Origin: Schizochytrium sp. TIO01
Taxonomy: Eukaryota > Protista > Bigyra: Labyrinthulomycetes
NCBI GenBank assembly: GCA_004764695.1
Contig: SMSO01000034.1
Coordinates: 744,001-808,000 of the forward strand
Length of the DNA stretch: 64,000 nt
Direction of reading: 5' to 3'
The notes beneath the pieces were generated by a model that saw nothing but the letters and a program-made list of their open reading frames with translations, had not been told where the DNA came from and ran no database searches. Both the position numbers and the translations under genes were made by a program. Of the stretch, positions 1-12,181 are shown piece after piece (position 1 is the stretch's first letter; every line of letters starts with the position of its first letter).

Positions 1-2
1 AC

Positions 3-1271
3 ATTGACTTAGTACCATATGCTACAACACGCGAGCAGCAGTTTGCAAGGCGGATTCATGATGCACAGATACTTATGAATGTCTACGCGGACCTTATGAC
101 ATGCATTCCTAAATGGAACACCTATCCCAATGAAGCAACTATTTGTTTGGGTGAAAGGTGGGCAATCCAAAATCTAAACAATATTGTCCTAACTCCCGGT
201 GCGGCTTCTCAAGAACTACTTGATAGGGCCATTCAAGTATCGTCCTTTGTACTCTCAAATGATAAAGCTTCTCTCGAGAAATTTTGCGAGATGGAGGGAG
301 TCTCAGCAATTGTGGAGGAAGGTTTGGGTGACTACACCGTCTCTCGTAACTCCGATATATTTCGTTTCCATAGTGGCCATTTAGCTGGAATGCTGTACTA
401 CAGTTTTGAATGGTTCTGGGGTATCGATCGATTACACCATCTTGAAGCGCTACTCCTATCAGAAGAGCGGCTTCGACGACGTTCTAGACGATCGCGATGT
501 GATTCTCTAGTTGCAAGGGAGTCTCGGCGAGCCAGCGCCCCGGCTGCATTGGTTGGGCTTGACCTAAACTCGTCAATGACGACCTTTAGCAGGACTTGCA
601 ATCTTCTCTATCGAGACAAACCTCGTGAAGTTGCACAATATTGTGCAGCGAAATCAAGCAAGCCAATAGACCTTCCGCCGATTGAGGTTTACTACTCATT
701 TCGTTCGCCTTATTCACAGATCGTTATCCGCCCACTGCTTGAGATGGCAGACTTTTATGGAGTCAAAGTTCGTTTTAAGCCTGTACTGACAACAGGGATG
801 TGTTATGCGAATGCCCCCCTACAGAAACAGCTGTACATTGCTCGAGATGCAAGGAGAGAGTCCTTACGCCTGGAGTGGCTATCATATGGATTTTTTAATT
901 ATCCTAGTGTGGAGTCCGTTCACCATGCTTTTGCATTGTATATGGAAGCTCAAGCACAAGGTCGAGAACACGATTTTTTGATTGCTTGGTCAAAACATGT
1001 GTGGTCCAGGGCAGACGACCCTCACACGTATGAAGGTTTGAAAAATGTATGTCGCTCAACTGGCATCAGATGGGATCCGGCTATTCTGAAGAACAATCAG
1101 TGGAGAAGTCTTGCTGACCAAAACCTGCAAGGGTTACGAAATCACGGCTCATGGGGTGTCCCAATGCTCGTTTTTCTTGACACTGCTGTTTGGGGTCAAG
1201 ATAGACTTTTTTTGATTGAACAGCAAATTATTATCTCGCTCGCACAAAGGCAGAAGAACTCAAACTTGTGA
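3..1271 (+). CDS. Tandem DSBA-like / 2-hydroxychromene-2-carboxylate isomerase (GST-kappa-like) protein, 5'-truncated by window edge
   Basis: The frame is open from base 3 (IDLVPYATTREQQFARRIHDAQILMNVY...), so the ATG at 75 is probably internal. The C-terminal domain has YYSFRSPYS, YIARDARRE and GSWGVP...WGQDRL. The N-terminal domain ends in the homologous GHLAGMLYYSFEWFWGIDRLHHLE. Confidence 0.85.
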   Translation: MDLVPYATTREQQFARRIHDAQILMNVYADLMTCIPKWNTYPNEATICLGERWAIQNLNNIVLTPGAASQELLDRAIQVSSFVLSNDKASLEKFCEMEGVSAIVEEGLGDYTVSRNSDIFRFHSGHLAGMLYYSFEWFWGIDRLHHLEALLLSEERLRRRSRRSRCDSLVARESRRASAPAALVGLDLNSSMTTFSRTCNLLYRDKPREVAQYCAAKSSKPIDLPPIEVYYSFRSPYSQIVIRPLLEMADFYGVKVRFKPVLTTGMCYANAPLQKQLYIARDARRESLRLEWLSYGFFNYPSVESVHHAFALYMEAQAQGREHDFLIAWSKHVWSRADDPHTYEGLKNVCRSTGIRWDPAILKNNQWRSLADQNLQGLRNHGSWGVPMLVFLDTAVWGQDRLFLIEQQIIISLAQRQKNSNL

Positions 1272-4200
1272 TAAACTTTGTGAAGTGAAGTTGATGTGTG
1301 AGGTGCCGTTTCTTTTCAAAATTCAAAAATAAAACAATTCATTTCTTAGCTCCTTTAGTGTGTCTATTATCAAACTCCGTGCCTGCAATATTACCCCGTC
1401 ATCCCATCCTTCTCTTTGCCCTTATCCTGCAATTGCATAGCGTAATCACCGAAAACATTTAATCCATAACCCCATCAGTAAACATCACTTTTTGTAATAG
1501 TAAATAGAATTGGAAACCCTTTTGAAACTCCACCAGTTATCATATAGTCTTGCAGCTCTCTTAAAACAGTTGTTTATTCTTGAAAGCACTTGAATAAAAA
1601 TGTCCAAAATCGCCATAGTTTTAACACAATGTTTAACGCTAATTGGAATTTTACAAGTAAATAATAGAACTTGATGGGTGGCACAAGATATTGAATGCAA
1701 GATATTCATATATTGTTTTGATGTCTCCAGCACTTCTAACAAGGTCTGATGTTAGTAACATAATCGTAGCTGAGAACTAACAGTACTCTGTACTAAGATG
1801 TGAAATGTGATTTTATATTATTATTGTGTTCTCTTCCCGCGGCCAGACGTAGTTGGATTTCCAGTGCAACTCGACTTCTGAACGTTTTTTGAAAGATAAA
1901 TATTATAGTGCCTTCTTCAACATTCTAAAACATCTAAACATGGCACCTTCCATATGAATATCGAACGTCCTACATAATAAAGATAGAACGAAGGCCTGGG
2001 AACACTGAGTTGAAGAAATGGTGTTAAGTCCACCCCTAGTAAGATTGTTCTCTATGAAATGCAAAGTTCCACGACAACCAAAGCAAAAAGAGACCATCCT
2101 CACTGCTGATATTTCCAATTGAAAGAACGAGTGGGCGAGGCGTCACCATAGCTCTACGCATTCGATTGCAAGACCTCAAGGAGTTAAGACTTACATAGAA
2201 CAGAACCGGAGAACCAGACTTACATGGGTATGAATCAAAGTGTGCATACTCAATCAATAGAGTCAAATATGGTTGAGTCTCAGTTGATGGTTGAAAAGAT
2301 GAGCAATCTAACCTCTGCAACTATGTCTAGTACGGAGCAAAGGTGCATTCGTCTCCCAATTACAATACGAAGCAGTCTGCCTTGGAATCTCGAAGATCGC
2401 TACTCTTATAACCAAAATCCATGAAGCCTTCTCAAGCCTTCATCTTCATAGTTAATTTCTAGTTGATCAGATGCATCTTTCACCATTACTGATAGAGAGA
2501 CTAACCCGCATAACTGCTCGATATTCCAAATGACATTTGGATAAATATTGATCAGATTCAAGAATCAAGATAACAATTCTCCCAATGATAGTTTTAAAAT
2601 AAAGAAACGCATATACTTTTGTTCGCGAAAGTGTGTAAGCAACCAGATTCAACAGCAACATCTATTTACCTCCGCTTTCGAAAATCCAGAACAGGTTCAC
2701 CTTTAGAAAACGTGATGTCTAACAACTTATTACCAAGGTCGAACATGAATGAGGTCGCACTTGCTCTAAAGACAAGAACCCTCTATTAAATATTATTCAA
2801 GTTTCGGAAAATTCACAACGATGCTTATGATCGATTTGTGTGAAGCAAAGCCATGTACTAATTGCGTTATAATCATCCTGAGCGACAATTATACCACCTT
2901 CGTTATTGAAGCAAATAAAACTTGTTTAAGTTTTAGTCACAATACACCACCATACAGGACATACGTGCATGAAGCATTGAAAACACAAAAGACATCGCAT
3001 AAATTTGATTCTGTAGTATATTTCATTTTTGCAATTTTAAATGAAACACCTTATTCAGAAAGGTACCTTCTGAAAGTCGATTACATACAGCTTCCTTTAT
3101 GAAATATTGCGAATTTGCTTTAATCCTTTTTGTCAGCATCAGGAATAAAAAAGAGTATGTACATATACAAATTCAAGAAACAGAGCAAAAGAACAACAAT
3201 AGTTAAGAATAGATTTTCGGGGTTAGCCAAGTCCCTGAACACAAATCGGTCCCCAACAAATAGCTAGCCAGCTAGCTACCTCTTTGATTCAAATTTGCTT
3301 TTTCTATTAAACTATAAAAATGTTGGTCTTCGATTGAGGCTCCTCTTCTCTGTTGGAACGTAATTAATACCGCTACACGAGAACCATGGCAATCTTGACT
3401 AAACCTTTTGTTACATAGGAGCGCTATAGACAACGCTTATAGGGTCATTAGCGTTTGGTATATTTATTGTAGATGTATGGGTATCTCAATATGTCAACTT
3501 AGGATAGATAGTGATTTGAACTCAAGGTCAATTCCATGAGCTCAACGTTTTGTGTTTGTTATAGGGTCAATTAACCAAAGCAGGACATCAAGGCTTATTG
3601 ATGGTTGTCTAGACCAAAGCTTACGTTACGATAAGAGGCCAGATGTCTTTTAATTAGATAACTAAGTTTCATATGCATATCAAACTTCACGACTGATAAT
3701 CATAGTATTTAGGTGCTCCAGTAGCAATCCTCAACTTGATCCATAGCTCAAAGATAAAGTTCAAAGAGCTTTTTTGATTTCTTTATTTATTCAAAGACGG
3801 TTCTGTATAATACAAACATAAAGTAGTAGGATAGGACAGTACTCACGGCAGAGGACTGGCAGCAGTAAGCATTATAGAAAGGACTTATTAAAATTAGAAT
3901 AAATTCGTACCACTGAGGATATATATACTCAGTCTCCCCATGAAGTTTTATTGTATAATTTTCCCCAAATATCATTAAAGTTTGAGAGATATTAATCAAC
4001 AAAAAGATAAAATGAATATATATAATACAAAATAATATAGAATATATAAAATTGAAAATTTTAAAACAATTAAATTTAAATTTTAAACTTATTTAATATA
4101 TTTAATATATTTTGTATATTTTGTATATTATTTGTTATATTCTGTCTTAAATCATATTAAATAACTCAGAAAATTAATGGAATAAAATATCCAGCCCAGA

Positions 4201-7200
4201 ATAATTAAAGGCAATTTAGATGACTCCATGCGATGCAAAAGAAAAAAGAAGCATATCACAGGTGGGAATCTACTTACTCTTAGTTTTTGCTTGTTTTTTT
4301 TTTTAAATCAACTTATTACTACCCCTTCATATTATATGTATATTATATTGTATATAAATAATGTAGCAACTTTGGTATATCTATTTCTATAATCGATTGG
4401 CCTATAGCTTTTTTCTTTTCTCCTTTTTCTATCAAGGTTTCTATTCTACAGATATGTTGGTTGATATATATATGTATGATAAAGATAGTCCATATTGTGG
4501 TTCTGCCTGAATCAGAATTGTATCGAGGATCATGAGTTTCGTTCGAGCTTACTTATTTATTTAATAATGTTTGTTACATTATGTATGTATATGGTTTACG
4601 GCTACAATCTTCGGCTTTACGAATTCGTAGATCTCTTAAACGTATGTATAGCTAGCTAGCTTGGTAACTACACTCGAACGTGATGTTTTGAAATAGAAAA
4701 ATAAATTACCGTGTAGAGTAAATAAACTTTAGAACGGCAAGAATGGATCTCAGTAAATATTCAAATCGAAACTAGTCACGTGAATTATTTAAAAGTAAAG
4801 TAGGTAAGCTGTACGTATCAGATCTTAGCTAGTGAGCTGGCAAGATAGAAAAGTTGAAACAAACAACAGATTTTCAGTTTGCGCTTCTCAGAAATAAATA
4901 TAAGGTTCGATGTACTTAATTTAATGGTTTTACGAAACATTAAATAAAAATACCAAACACCAGTAATTACAAAAAATGCTTGGGAAAATAATTGTTGATT
5001 TAGAGAAGGTGCCAACTCAAGCACTTGATTAGAGAGTATAATATAATTTCATAGAGTATGTTTGCTTCTGTGAATGAATGTCCTTTGGAAAACAGTAAAC
5101 ATACTACATTACTTTGGAATTCCGGTAGAATGATCATATAAATCAAGGTCTATACTATAAATATAAACTAAACACAATAGAGTCAACCCCCTTGCCTCTC
5201 CCTAAAAATACAAAAACGAAATACAAAACAATAAAATTTTGAATATCTAACTCATACATTTCATTTTGCTTTCTTATTTTCATGCATATTCTTATTGCAC
5301 ATCACCTTCCAAGTTCATATGAATAAGGTTTGCCAGGTAGGTAATTTAATGATTTTTTATTCTTTAATGTCACGAAACAAGCTATTGTTTTAGCATGAGT
5401 GTGAGCTGTTGCTGACGTACAAAATAAAACAAATGTATAATATCGAACTTATTGTAATAAAGCCACTTGTATAAGTATAATGAATCAGTCGTTCTTCTCT
5501 CAATACCATCCTTTATGCATTCGCCCTTGGCTTCTACTCACAAATGATGCTAATATTATTCTCAACTGACCAGGAGTACTACATGAAGCAGAACTTACTA
5601 AAATAAAATATCTAAGGAGGGTGCTAAAGTAGGTAGCACAACAAGAGTCCTTCTGGCATTGCTTTAGGATGGGGTAAAATGTCAAATGCTTGGGTAATCT
5701 GAATGATGGTTTGCTGAGGTTTTCAATCGAAGGGTTTGGATAAAATATTTCAATTTAAAGAAGCTGAAGAAGCTAGAGAAGCTGCTAATGAAGTTCTAAA
5801 GTATTAGAAATCATACAGGCAGTACATATAGTACATACAATAATGACATAGATGCTGAGTTTTTCTATAAATAGATTACAAGCGAAGTTAAGTATCCCCA
5901 TTGCTTATTAATGTGGCTTGGAAGGCATTAAATTGTGAAACCTCATAGATTTGTTGACCTTAGAATCAATTTTTCACTTAGACTATCTAATATTCCTGTT
6001 CACAAGTTATGATAGGCTTTAAGCAGCCTCGCATTGGTGAGAAGAGTGAGGGATTGCATTTCTTTCCATGTAGATATGCAGCTAATAGCTATGGTTTGGG
6101 CGATTGACTGGGTACTATCCAATGTCAATCTAGAATTGAACTCCTATACTCTGCCGTGCATGCAACCCCAGCTTCATAGCCTTTCTCCTCAATATGCCGC
6201 AGAATTTAAAACCCTGCAATAAAGAACAAGTTTGCGTCGTAGAACAAGAGCAAGACCAAGAAAGAATACAGCGAATCTGAGATACTAAAACATAAACACT
6301 TCATTGGTGGGCGGTCTCGAGATCTTCGCAACCAAGAAAGGTTTCAATCGAGTTCAAAATTTAATCATAGAATGAGTACTTCTATGTATGATGGGCGATA
6401 TGCTGAAGAAGATCAAGCAAAACTTACTGACACAGTGAGTTTGTCACCGCTGAAACTGCTCAGAACCACCACCATGCCCAGCATAATGCTTAGCAAAAAA
6501 CGCAAATCAAAAGTCAAGGTTTGGGTGTGCATCAAATAATAGGGATCTGAGACCACATTACATGAATATGAGTGCTTGTAGCTCACCATACTCTGTGCAT
6601 AAGCGAAGTGGAGCAAAGTTCAAACTTTGCAGTTAATGGGATCGAACGATATCTCTTTCCATATGCTAATCACACTTCCATACTTTTTGTTTTTTTACGC
6701 CTTGTTAGTTCATCCCGCAGGTATTGAGCTATTCTCAGAGAAAGCCATCACCTGTCAACTAGAAAATTTTAAAATTAAAAAACTAGAGTCATATCGATTT
6801 GCACATAAATGATTTGCTTTTCTTGGTTTTAAGGGTTCTCTGGAAAATTGGTTTAATCGCTTCTGTTGCATCCCCATCCCAAGTTTCCACCCAATCGATT
6901 AATTTGTCCTGAGCAAACTGGAGTGCTCTGTATTAGACACTCGCGTTGTTACTAGTTTTGGACATTTGCACTCACAAAAGCCAGAGGCTGCTATTATCGA
7001 TCATGTGCATTATCAATACTCAACTGAAGCATTTTGCTAGTGTTTTGTCTCGTGAGACTACATTAAGAAATTGCTTGCAATATAGTTGTGATATGGTAGG
7101 CAGGTACCTCCCTACTTACCTGCTAAAGATGCAAGTCACCCAAGAATACCTACTCAATATTTAAATTAATAATATCTTCTTCCGTGCCTAAATTTTTCAA

Positions 7201-7409
7201 TTTTCTCTCTTTAAAAAAATATTTAAGGAAGATAATGAACCCTAAGAACTGTGCTTTGGAACGCAATCATTTGCTAAGTCATTTGCTCCACCAGAAAGCG
7301 CGTGCACGAGGGCCCTACCCATATCAGACATAACTAGGACAGTATCTGGTACGTACTTACTCTTCAAGTGCCACTCTGTCTAGGCTGGAAATGGACATTG
7401 GTCTTGCCG

Positions 7410-7483
7410 GTGAGTATTTTGCTTCCATGCATTCATCCATATTTCGTACTGACCCAGCTTCCTTCTTTCTGTCTTTTCATTAG
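7410..7483 (+). other. Probable 5'-UTR spliceosomal intron upstream of the membrane-protein gene
   Basis: GTGAGT donor at 7410, TACTGAC branch site at 7447-7453, pyrimidine tract, and TAG acceptor at 7481-7483. Confidence 0.55.
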
Positions 7484-7633
7484 CCAGACCTAGAGAAGTA
7501 AGAGAAGTAAATCGTTGCAACGTCTGCAAAGGCGTCACCAAATTTGCAATCGTCTTGTTGGATTCGAAACACCAAAAAGAACCAAGGAAGAATCAAGTCT
7601 TTTTGACTGTGCTGATAGAGAGAGTAGTGATCG

Positions 7634-9001
7634 ATGGTGCGTTATGATACGCCTCGATCAAGGGTTGAAACACCGCGGACCAACAATGTCAGGTCGCGCG
7701 TTGATGAGGATCTAGTTCGAGACGGAACGGTTCTTCGGATTCTCTTGACAGGAATCATTTTCTGCGGCGTTGCTCTTATGTCTCTGAGTATATATTCAAA
7801 TACTTTTGACAAAACATTTGTGAATTTTGCTGCAACATTCCTACGATCACTTAACGAAGGATACGAGGCCGCGTTTTCCTTCTTCTTGTTTGGGCCACTA
7901 ATTGCAGGTGTTTTTTCAATTGTCTTGGCTTTAGTTGCAATGTTTTCATCATCTCTAGATCGCCAAGGCTCTGAAACTTTAGATGAAATGCTGGATCAAA
8001 TGACTTGCAAGACATCACATCGTTTTTGCCACCGGCATTGCGGCTCGACGGCGCGTGGGTCATTTCGCATTATTATTGTTTTTCTTATAATAGTATTTGT
8101 CTTACAAATCGTGTTTGGTGGGCTATACTTATATTTCCTGAAGACAATGCTGCAGAGTATTGAAAATGTTGCAGACTCAACAGGTACAACAACCGGTTTG
8201 CAAGCTCAAGTTTCAAGTTTGCAGATCGCAATGTATAACTTATGTTGCGATAGTCAAGGTTGGAGCGCACAAGATACAATTCCGCCATGCGACAGTGATG
8301 ACCAATCGCCTAAAGACTCATGTGGCTTGACGGGCAATGCCGCAGACTACGCTGATGTGCTTTGCATATGCTACCCACTCCAAGATCACTACAATTCCTA
8401 CTTTGATAGTCTAGAGATGTCCGGAGAAATTTGCAAGACTCTTTCAAATGCGATTGTGGATATTTCATCAACACAGAAAATTCCATCTACAAGCATCCCT
8501 CTACACGTCTTTGTCAAAACTCAACGCGCTCGGATTGTTGGTTACAACGGCGCGCCTTCACAGGACAATACTACAGCAGCTGACCCAAAGGGCTACGGAT
8601 GTGGCTTCGGAGGTTACGCTGTAGCATTTCAGTACCAGCAGTTTTTGTACATCAATCAAAGCTCCAAATATATTGCTGTAGCCGTTGTAATTCTATCAAT
8701 CTGTGAGCTGATTGTGATTGTAGGAATCGTGTGTCAGCAGGTTTCATCAAACGATGACCGTTTCTTTGATAAGGTCATGATGGGTATGGAAAAGTATCCG
8801 CCTAGAAATGATGACTTTCAACTTATGGTGAGTGCAAGCAAAGAGAATACTCATGGTAGCGTAGAACATATTGCCTTGAGTTCGCAATCAAGTAAAAAGA
8901 ATGGTATCATAACTCCCCTTGGTACCCCAGTGGCGAATGATGTGCCAGGACACTCAAATGTACTTCTCGTCAGTAGTTTTGATATTAATCATAAGCTATA
9001 G
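7634..9001 (+). CDS. Four-transmembrane protein with tetraspanin-like topology and a large Cys-rich extracellular loop
   Basis: 455-aa ORF with three N-terminal hydrophobic helices, a ~180-aa loop containing 8 Cys (LCCD, PPC, SCG, LCIC, ICK, GCG), a fourth TM (YIAVAVVILSICELIVIVGIVC) and a polar tail. Confidence 0.7.
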   Translation: MVRYDTPRSRVETPRTNNVRSRVDEDLVRDGTVLRILLTGIIFCGVALMSLSIYSNTFDKTFVNFAATFLRSLNEGYEAAFSFFLFGPLIAGVFSIVLALVAMFSSSLDRQGSETLDEMLDQMTCKTSHRFCHRHCGSTARGSFRIIIVFLIIVFVLQIVFGGLYLYFLKTMLQSIENVADSTGTTTGLQAQVSSLQIAMYNLCCDSQGWSAQDTIPPCDSDDQSPKDSCGLTGNAADYADVLCICYPLQDHYNSYFDSLEMSGEICKTLSNAIVDISSTQKIPSTSIPLHVFVKTQRARIVGYNGAPSQDNTTAADPKGYGCGFGGYAVAFQYQQFLYINQSSKYIAVAVVILSICELIVIVGIVCQQVSSNDDRFFDKVMMGMEKYPPRNDDFQLMVSASKENTHGSVEHIALSSQSSKKNGIITPLGTPVANDVPGHSNVLLVSSFDINHKL

Positions 9002-10250
9002 AAATTCTAGGAGGTGTCAAGCTCCCAAGGTTAATCGGGTGCAGGATGGATCTTGCTTTTGTTTTCCTTTTTGTCTTGGATACCACTGACCCAGAGGGTT
9101 CACTTTTTGGTTTTAAATCTTTCGGGTTCATTTTTCCATGTTTAAAGAAAATTTCAAAATTTCAAATCAATTAGATTATGATTATTTTACTTCAAAATAT
9201 TCACATGCACAAACATACAGTAGAACAACAATTGGCAACACGGATAGTAAGATTCTCACCAAATGATGATAGGATAAACGAACTTGACCGAATTGAGGCA
9301 AATTTTGTTGGAAACCGCACGAATAGTGCTGTATTTGATGTTGAACAAGTGATATTGATAAACATATAAGAGAACGGGAGGTCGAACAATAACGCTACCT
9401 GCTAACTATGCTAAGTGACACTTGACAATCAATGTTTAAGTCCACAATTTTGGCATGCTAGTTAGTGTCGAAAAGAAATAAATCATTTTGCGTTAAGTTG
9501 AGGTCAATATAGCTAAAGGAGAGTCATTTATTGCAACTCATCGGTACATGAAGATCAAAGTCACTACCGAAAGTTACAAAATGCGCTATCTAAAGGTTCA
9601 AAATGCTCTTTTTGTACCGGAACTTGCTTTTGCTCTCTGAGACGGGGTGTTCTAGAAGCCAAAGGTATCTCTATTGAGTTTAGAAGTAATAAATTTTGGA
9701 CACGTGACTACCGAGACAGACCTTCTGATGGGCAAATATGCTTATCTTTAAAAGTCACATAGGTGCCTACGCACAATTGTTTTGAGAGAGGTAGAAACAC
9801 GAATCTGCCCTCCCCCCCCCGCCTCGGTGATCTCTCTATACCATGCACATCTTTCAAATTAGACAAGAGTACTGGTTTTGAGGAGAGCTTCGTTTTATTC
9901 ATTTATTCTGCTATAAATGTGAGGTCGTGGAAGGCTCTTGAAAAATATAGGCCTAGTTGTTTTCAACAGTGTACCCTGGGAGCTCTAATTTATAATCACA
10001 ATGATTTGTAGATACTTGGCAAGAAGAACTATTCTAGCTGCTAATCAAGCAACCTCAGATGCATATTGCCTGCCTCCAAGGCGTTAGGTTTTAAAGTTGT
10101 TACTCTGATTCAAAGGTTGAAGCACTATACACACGATAGCGCAAACAACAGCCGAAGATGGGACCTTTTCCACATACATTTCTTGACTTGGGCTTTTACC
10201 CAACCAGATTTTGATTGGTGCAGTACCTATTGTGACTATATTATGCTCAC

Positions 10251-10312
10251 GATTGGCTTGAGTTTTTGGCCAAGTTAATATAAAAAGTTATTAAGAATTG
10301 CCTCTGAGAGTG
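10251..10312 (+). repeat. Degenerate copy of dispersed ~70-bp repeat
   Basis: GATTGGCTTGAGTTTTTGGCCAAGTT...GAATTGCCTCTGAGAGTG matches both ends of the family consensus. Confidence 0.55.
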
Positions 10313-10725
10313 ATTAATTACTATTATAGGATTGTTATTTGGATTATTATTTGTAATTAAAAAAACAAAATCATTAAAAAATCAGATTATACCCTATTGT
10401 TGGCTTGTTATTATTATTATCACTATTATTATCGCTATAGCAAGTAGTAGGTAATGAGAGTGGCCTCCCCTAGCAGAACAGAAATTCTTGATACTACTCT
10501 CTTACTTAGGTACTATTCTAGGCATGTTTGTATGAAAAAACAAACTAGGTACTGCTAATACATAAAATAAATACCTTCTATTGAGACTGGTGTGCATAAA
10601 CGCTTCAAGCAAGCGTGGCTGTGAAGCTTCACGCGAACATTGCAACGCAGAAGGGAAATTGATCCCAACTGTCGATCGTTTCAAAGCTCAAGTTGTTCAC
10701 TTGCCCTTCCACTGCTTCCCAAAAG

Positions 10726-11586
10726 ATGGATGTGCCGCTCCTAATCGCACCACAAGCTCGTGAAGAAGTAGAGGAAGCAGCGAAAAGCTGGCTTGCGTCA
10801 AACGGCGTGCTGCCCCAAGGCTATGTAAAGTATCTTGGAGATGCTATCGTCACGGCTGGGTCTGATGATCCAGAATACAAAAAGAGGGCGGAGTTTGTTG
10901 CGAATGAGAGGAACGGCTTTCGTTGGCTTATTGACAATGTGAAGCCACCAGTAAATATCAATTTTGAGCGCCTTTCAGAGGCTGAGCTAAATCGGAGCTT
11001 TGATCTCGTAGCAGTGAAGAAGGGGAAACCTCCATCCATCAAAATTAAACGTGCGCCAAGTGTAAAAATTAACATCAAGATGCCGAGGGCACCACCAGAT
11101 CACGAAGATTCTATCGATCCTTCACCGGCTTCCAAACGAGCGCGTACGGAAGGGACTCCCTCAAAGGGAGGAAATACAGAAAAGAGGACGAAAGATAGTT
11201 ATGAGTCATCCAGACTTGCACATGTCCTACAAGAAACTTTGGATCGCCTTTTGCGGATCCGTTTTCACAAGTCACCCTTTAAGGGATCTGGATACCCATT
11301 CGACAATCCCTTCGCAGTTCGTCTCGAGAGCTCTGGTAATGTTGTTCCGAAAGAGTATTTTGAAATAATCAAAGAACCCATGGATTTGAGCAAAGTGAAA
11401 GACAAATATAAAGCAGGAATGTACAAAACTTTCAGCGAATTTAAGCGCGATATCAGTCTCATCATTCAAAACTCAAAGAAATACCACGATAAACCAAAGA
11501 CTGCAATGTCTCGCCTTACCCAGCATTTCGAGAAGGAGTCCAAAAAGCTTTTGGATGCTGCACAAAACAAGCTTTCAAGAGAATAA
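10726..11586 (+). CDS. Bromodomain-containing protein
   Basis: First ATG at 10726 (the ORF track starts at TTG 10693). C-terminal NPF...EYFEIIKEPMDLSKVKDK...YKTFSEFKRDISLIIQNSKKY is a bromodomain signature. Basic NLS-like stretch PASKRART. Confidence 0.9.
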   Translation: MDVPLLIAPQAREEVEEAAKSWLASNGVLPQGYVKYLGDAIVTAGSDDPEYKKRAEFVANERNGFRWLIDNVKPPVNINFERLSEAELNRSFDLVAVKKGKPPSIKIKRAPSVKINIKMPRAPPDHEDSIDPSPASKRARTEGTPSKGGNTEKRTKDSYESSRLAHVLQETLDRLLRIRFHKSPFKGSGYPFDNPFAVRLESSGNVVPKEYFEIIKEPMDLSKVKDKYKAGMYKTFSEFKRDISLIIQNSKKYHDKPKTAMSRLTQHFEKESKKLLDAAQNKLSRE

Positions 11587-12181
11587 AAATCCTAGGTATA
11601 CCGATTCAATACATTTTCACTGTTGCTGCTGGCTGTTTGTTGGTGTCTGTTGTCTTTACCAGGGTAGTTGACCCGACTGTAATTCGAATTGCCTGTTTCA
11701 ATTTAAGAGTTTGTATTTCTTGTTTTGAAGATTAAAATTTCGTATGTTTAAAATCAAATATAAGAGAGAAGAGCACGAGTGAGTATACAAAAATATGAAG
11801 TGTATGGGACTCATTGAGTTCAAAGAAACCTTGGTTTGCAACATCCATTCATAAAGTCTATAAAAAATCTCGAAACATGACAGAAGAAAGCGTATTTGAT
11901 ATATGTTCATATTCACATACCACCTTTGTGTTTTCAACAATCCTAAAGACATTATTTGCTTACTTAAAGGAACGCAATCTTTCTTTACATTGTAATAAAG
12001 AATCAGACATAAATGTTTTATTGAGATTTCTTTTGTTAAATTAAAAACAACACATACAAAATTGTCTTGAAAAGTTTTAGAGATTCACAAATCAAGCTAA
12101 AGGCCGGGATGGAATGTACTCGAGAACCCTTTTGCTATGCATGATTCCACGATACAATATACAATACGCAACAATCATAAC

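Noticed and set aside
6243-6540. ~98-codon open plus-strand frame (NKSKTKKEYSESEILKHK...)
   Set aside because: No recognisable domain and no clear start or splice context.
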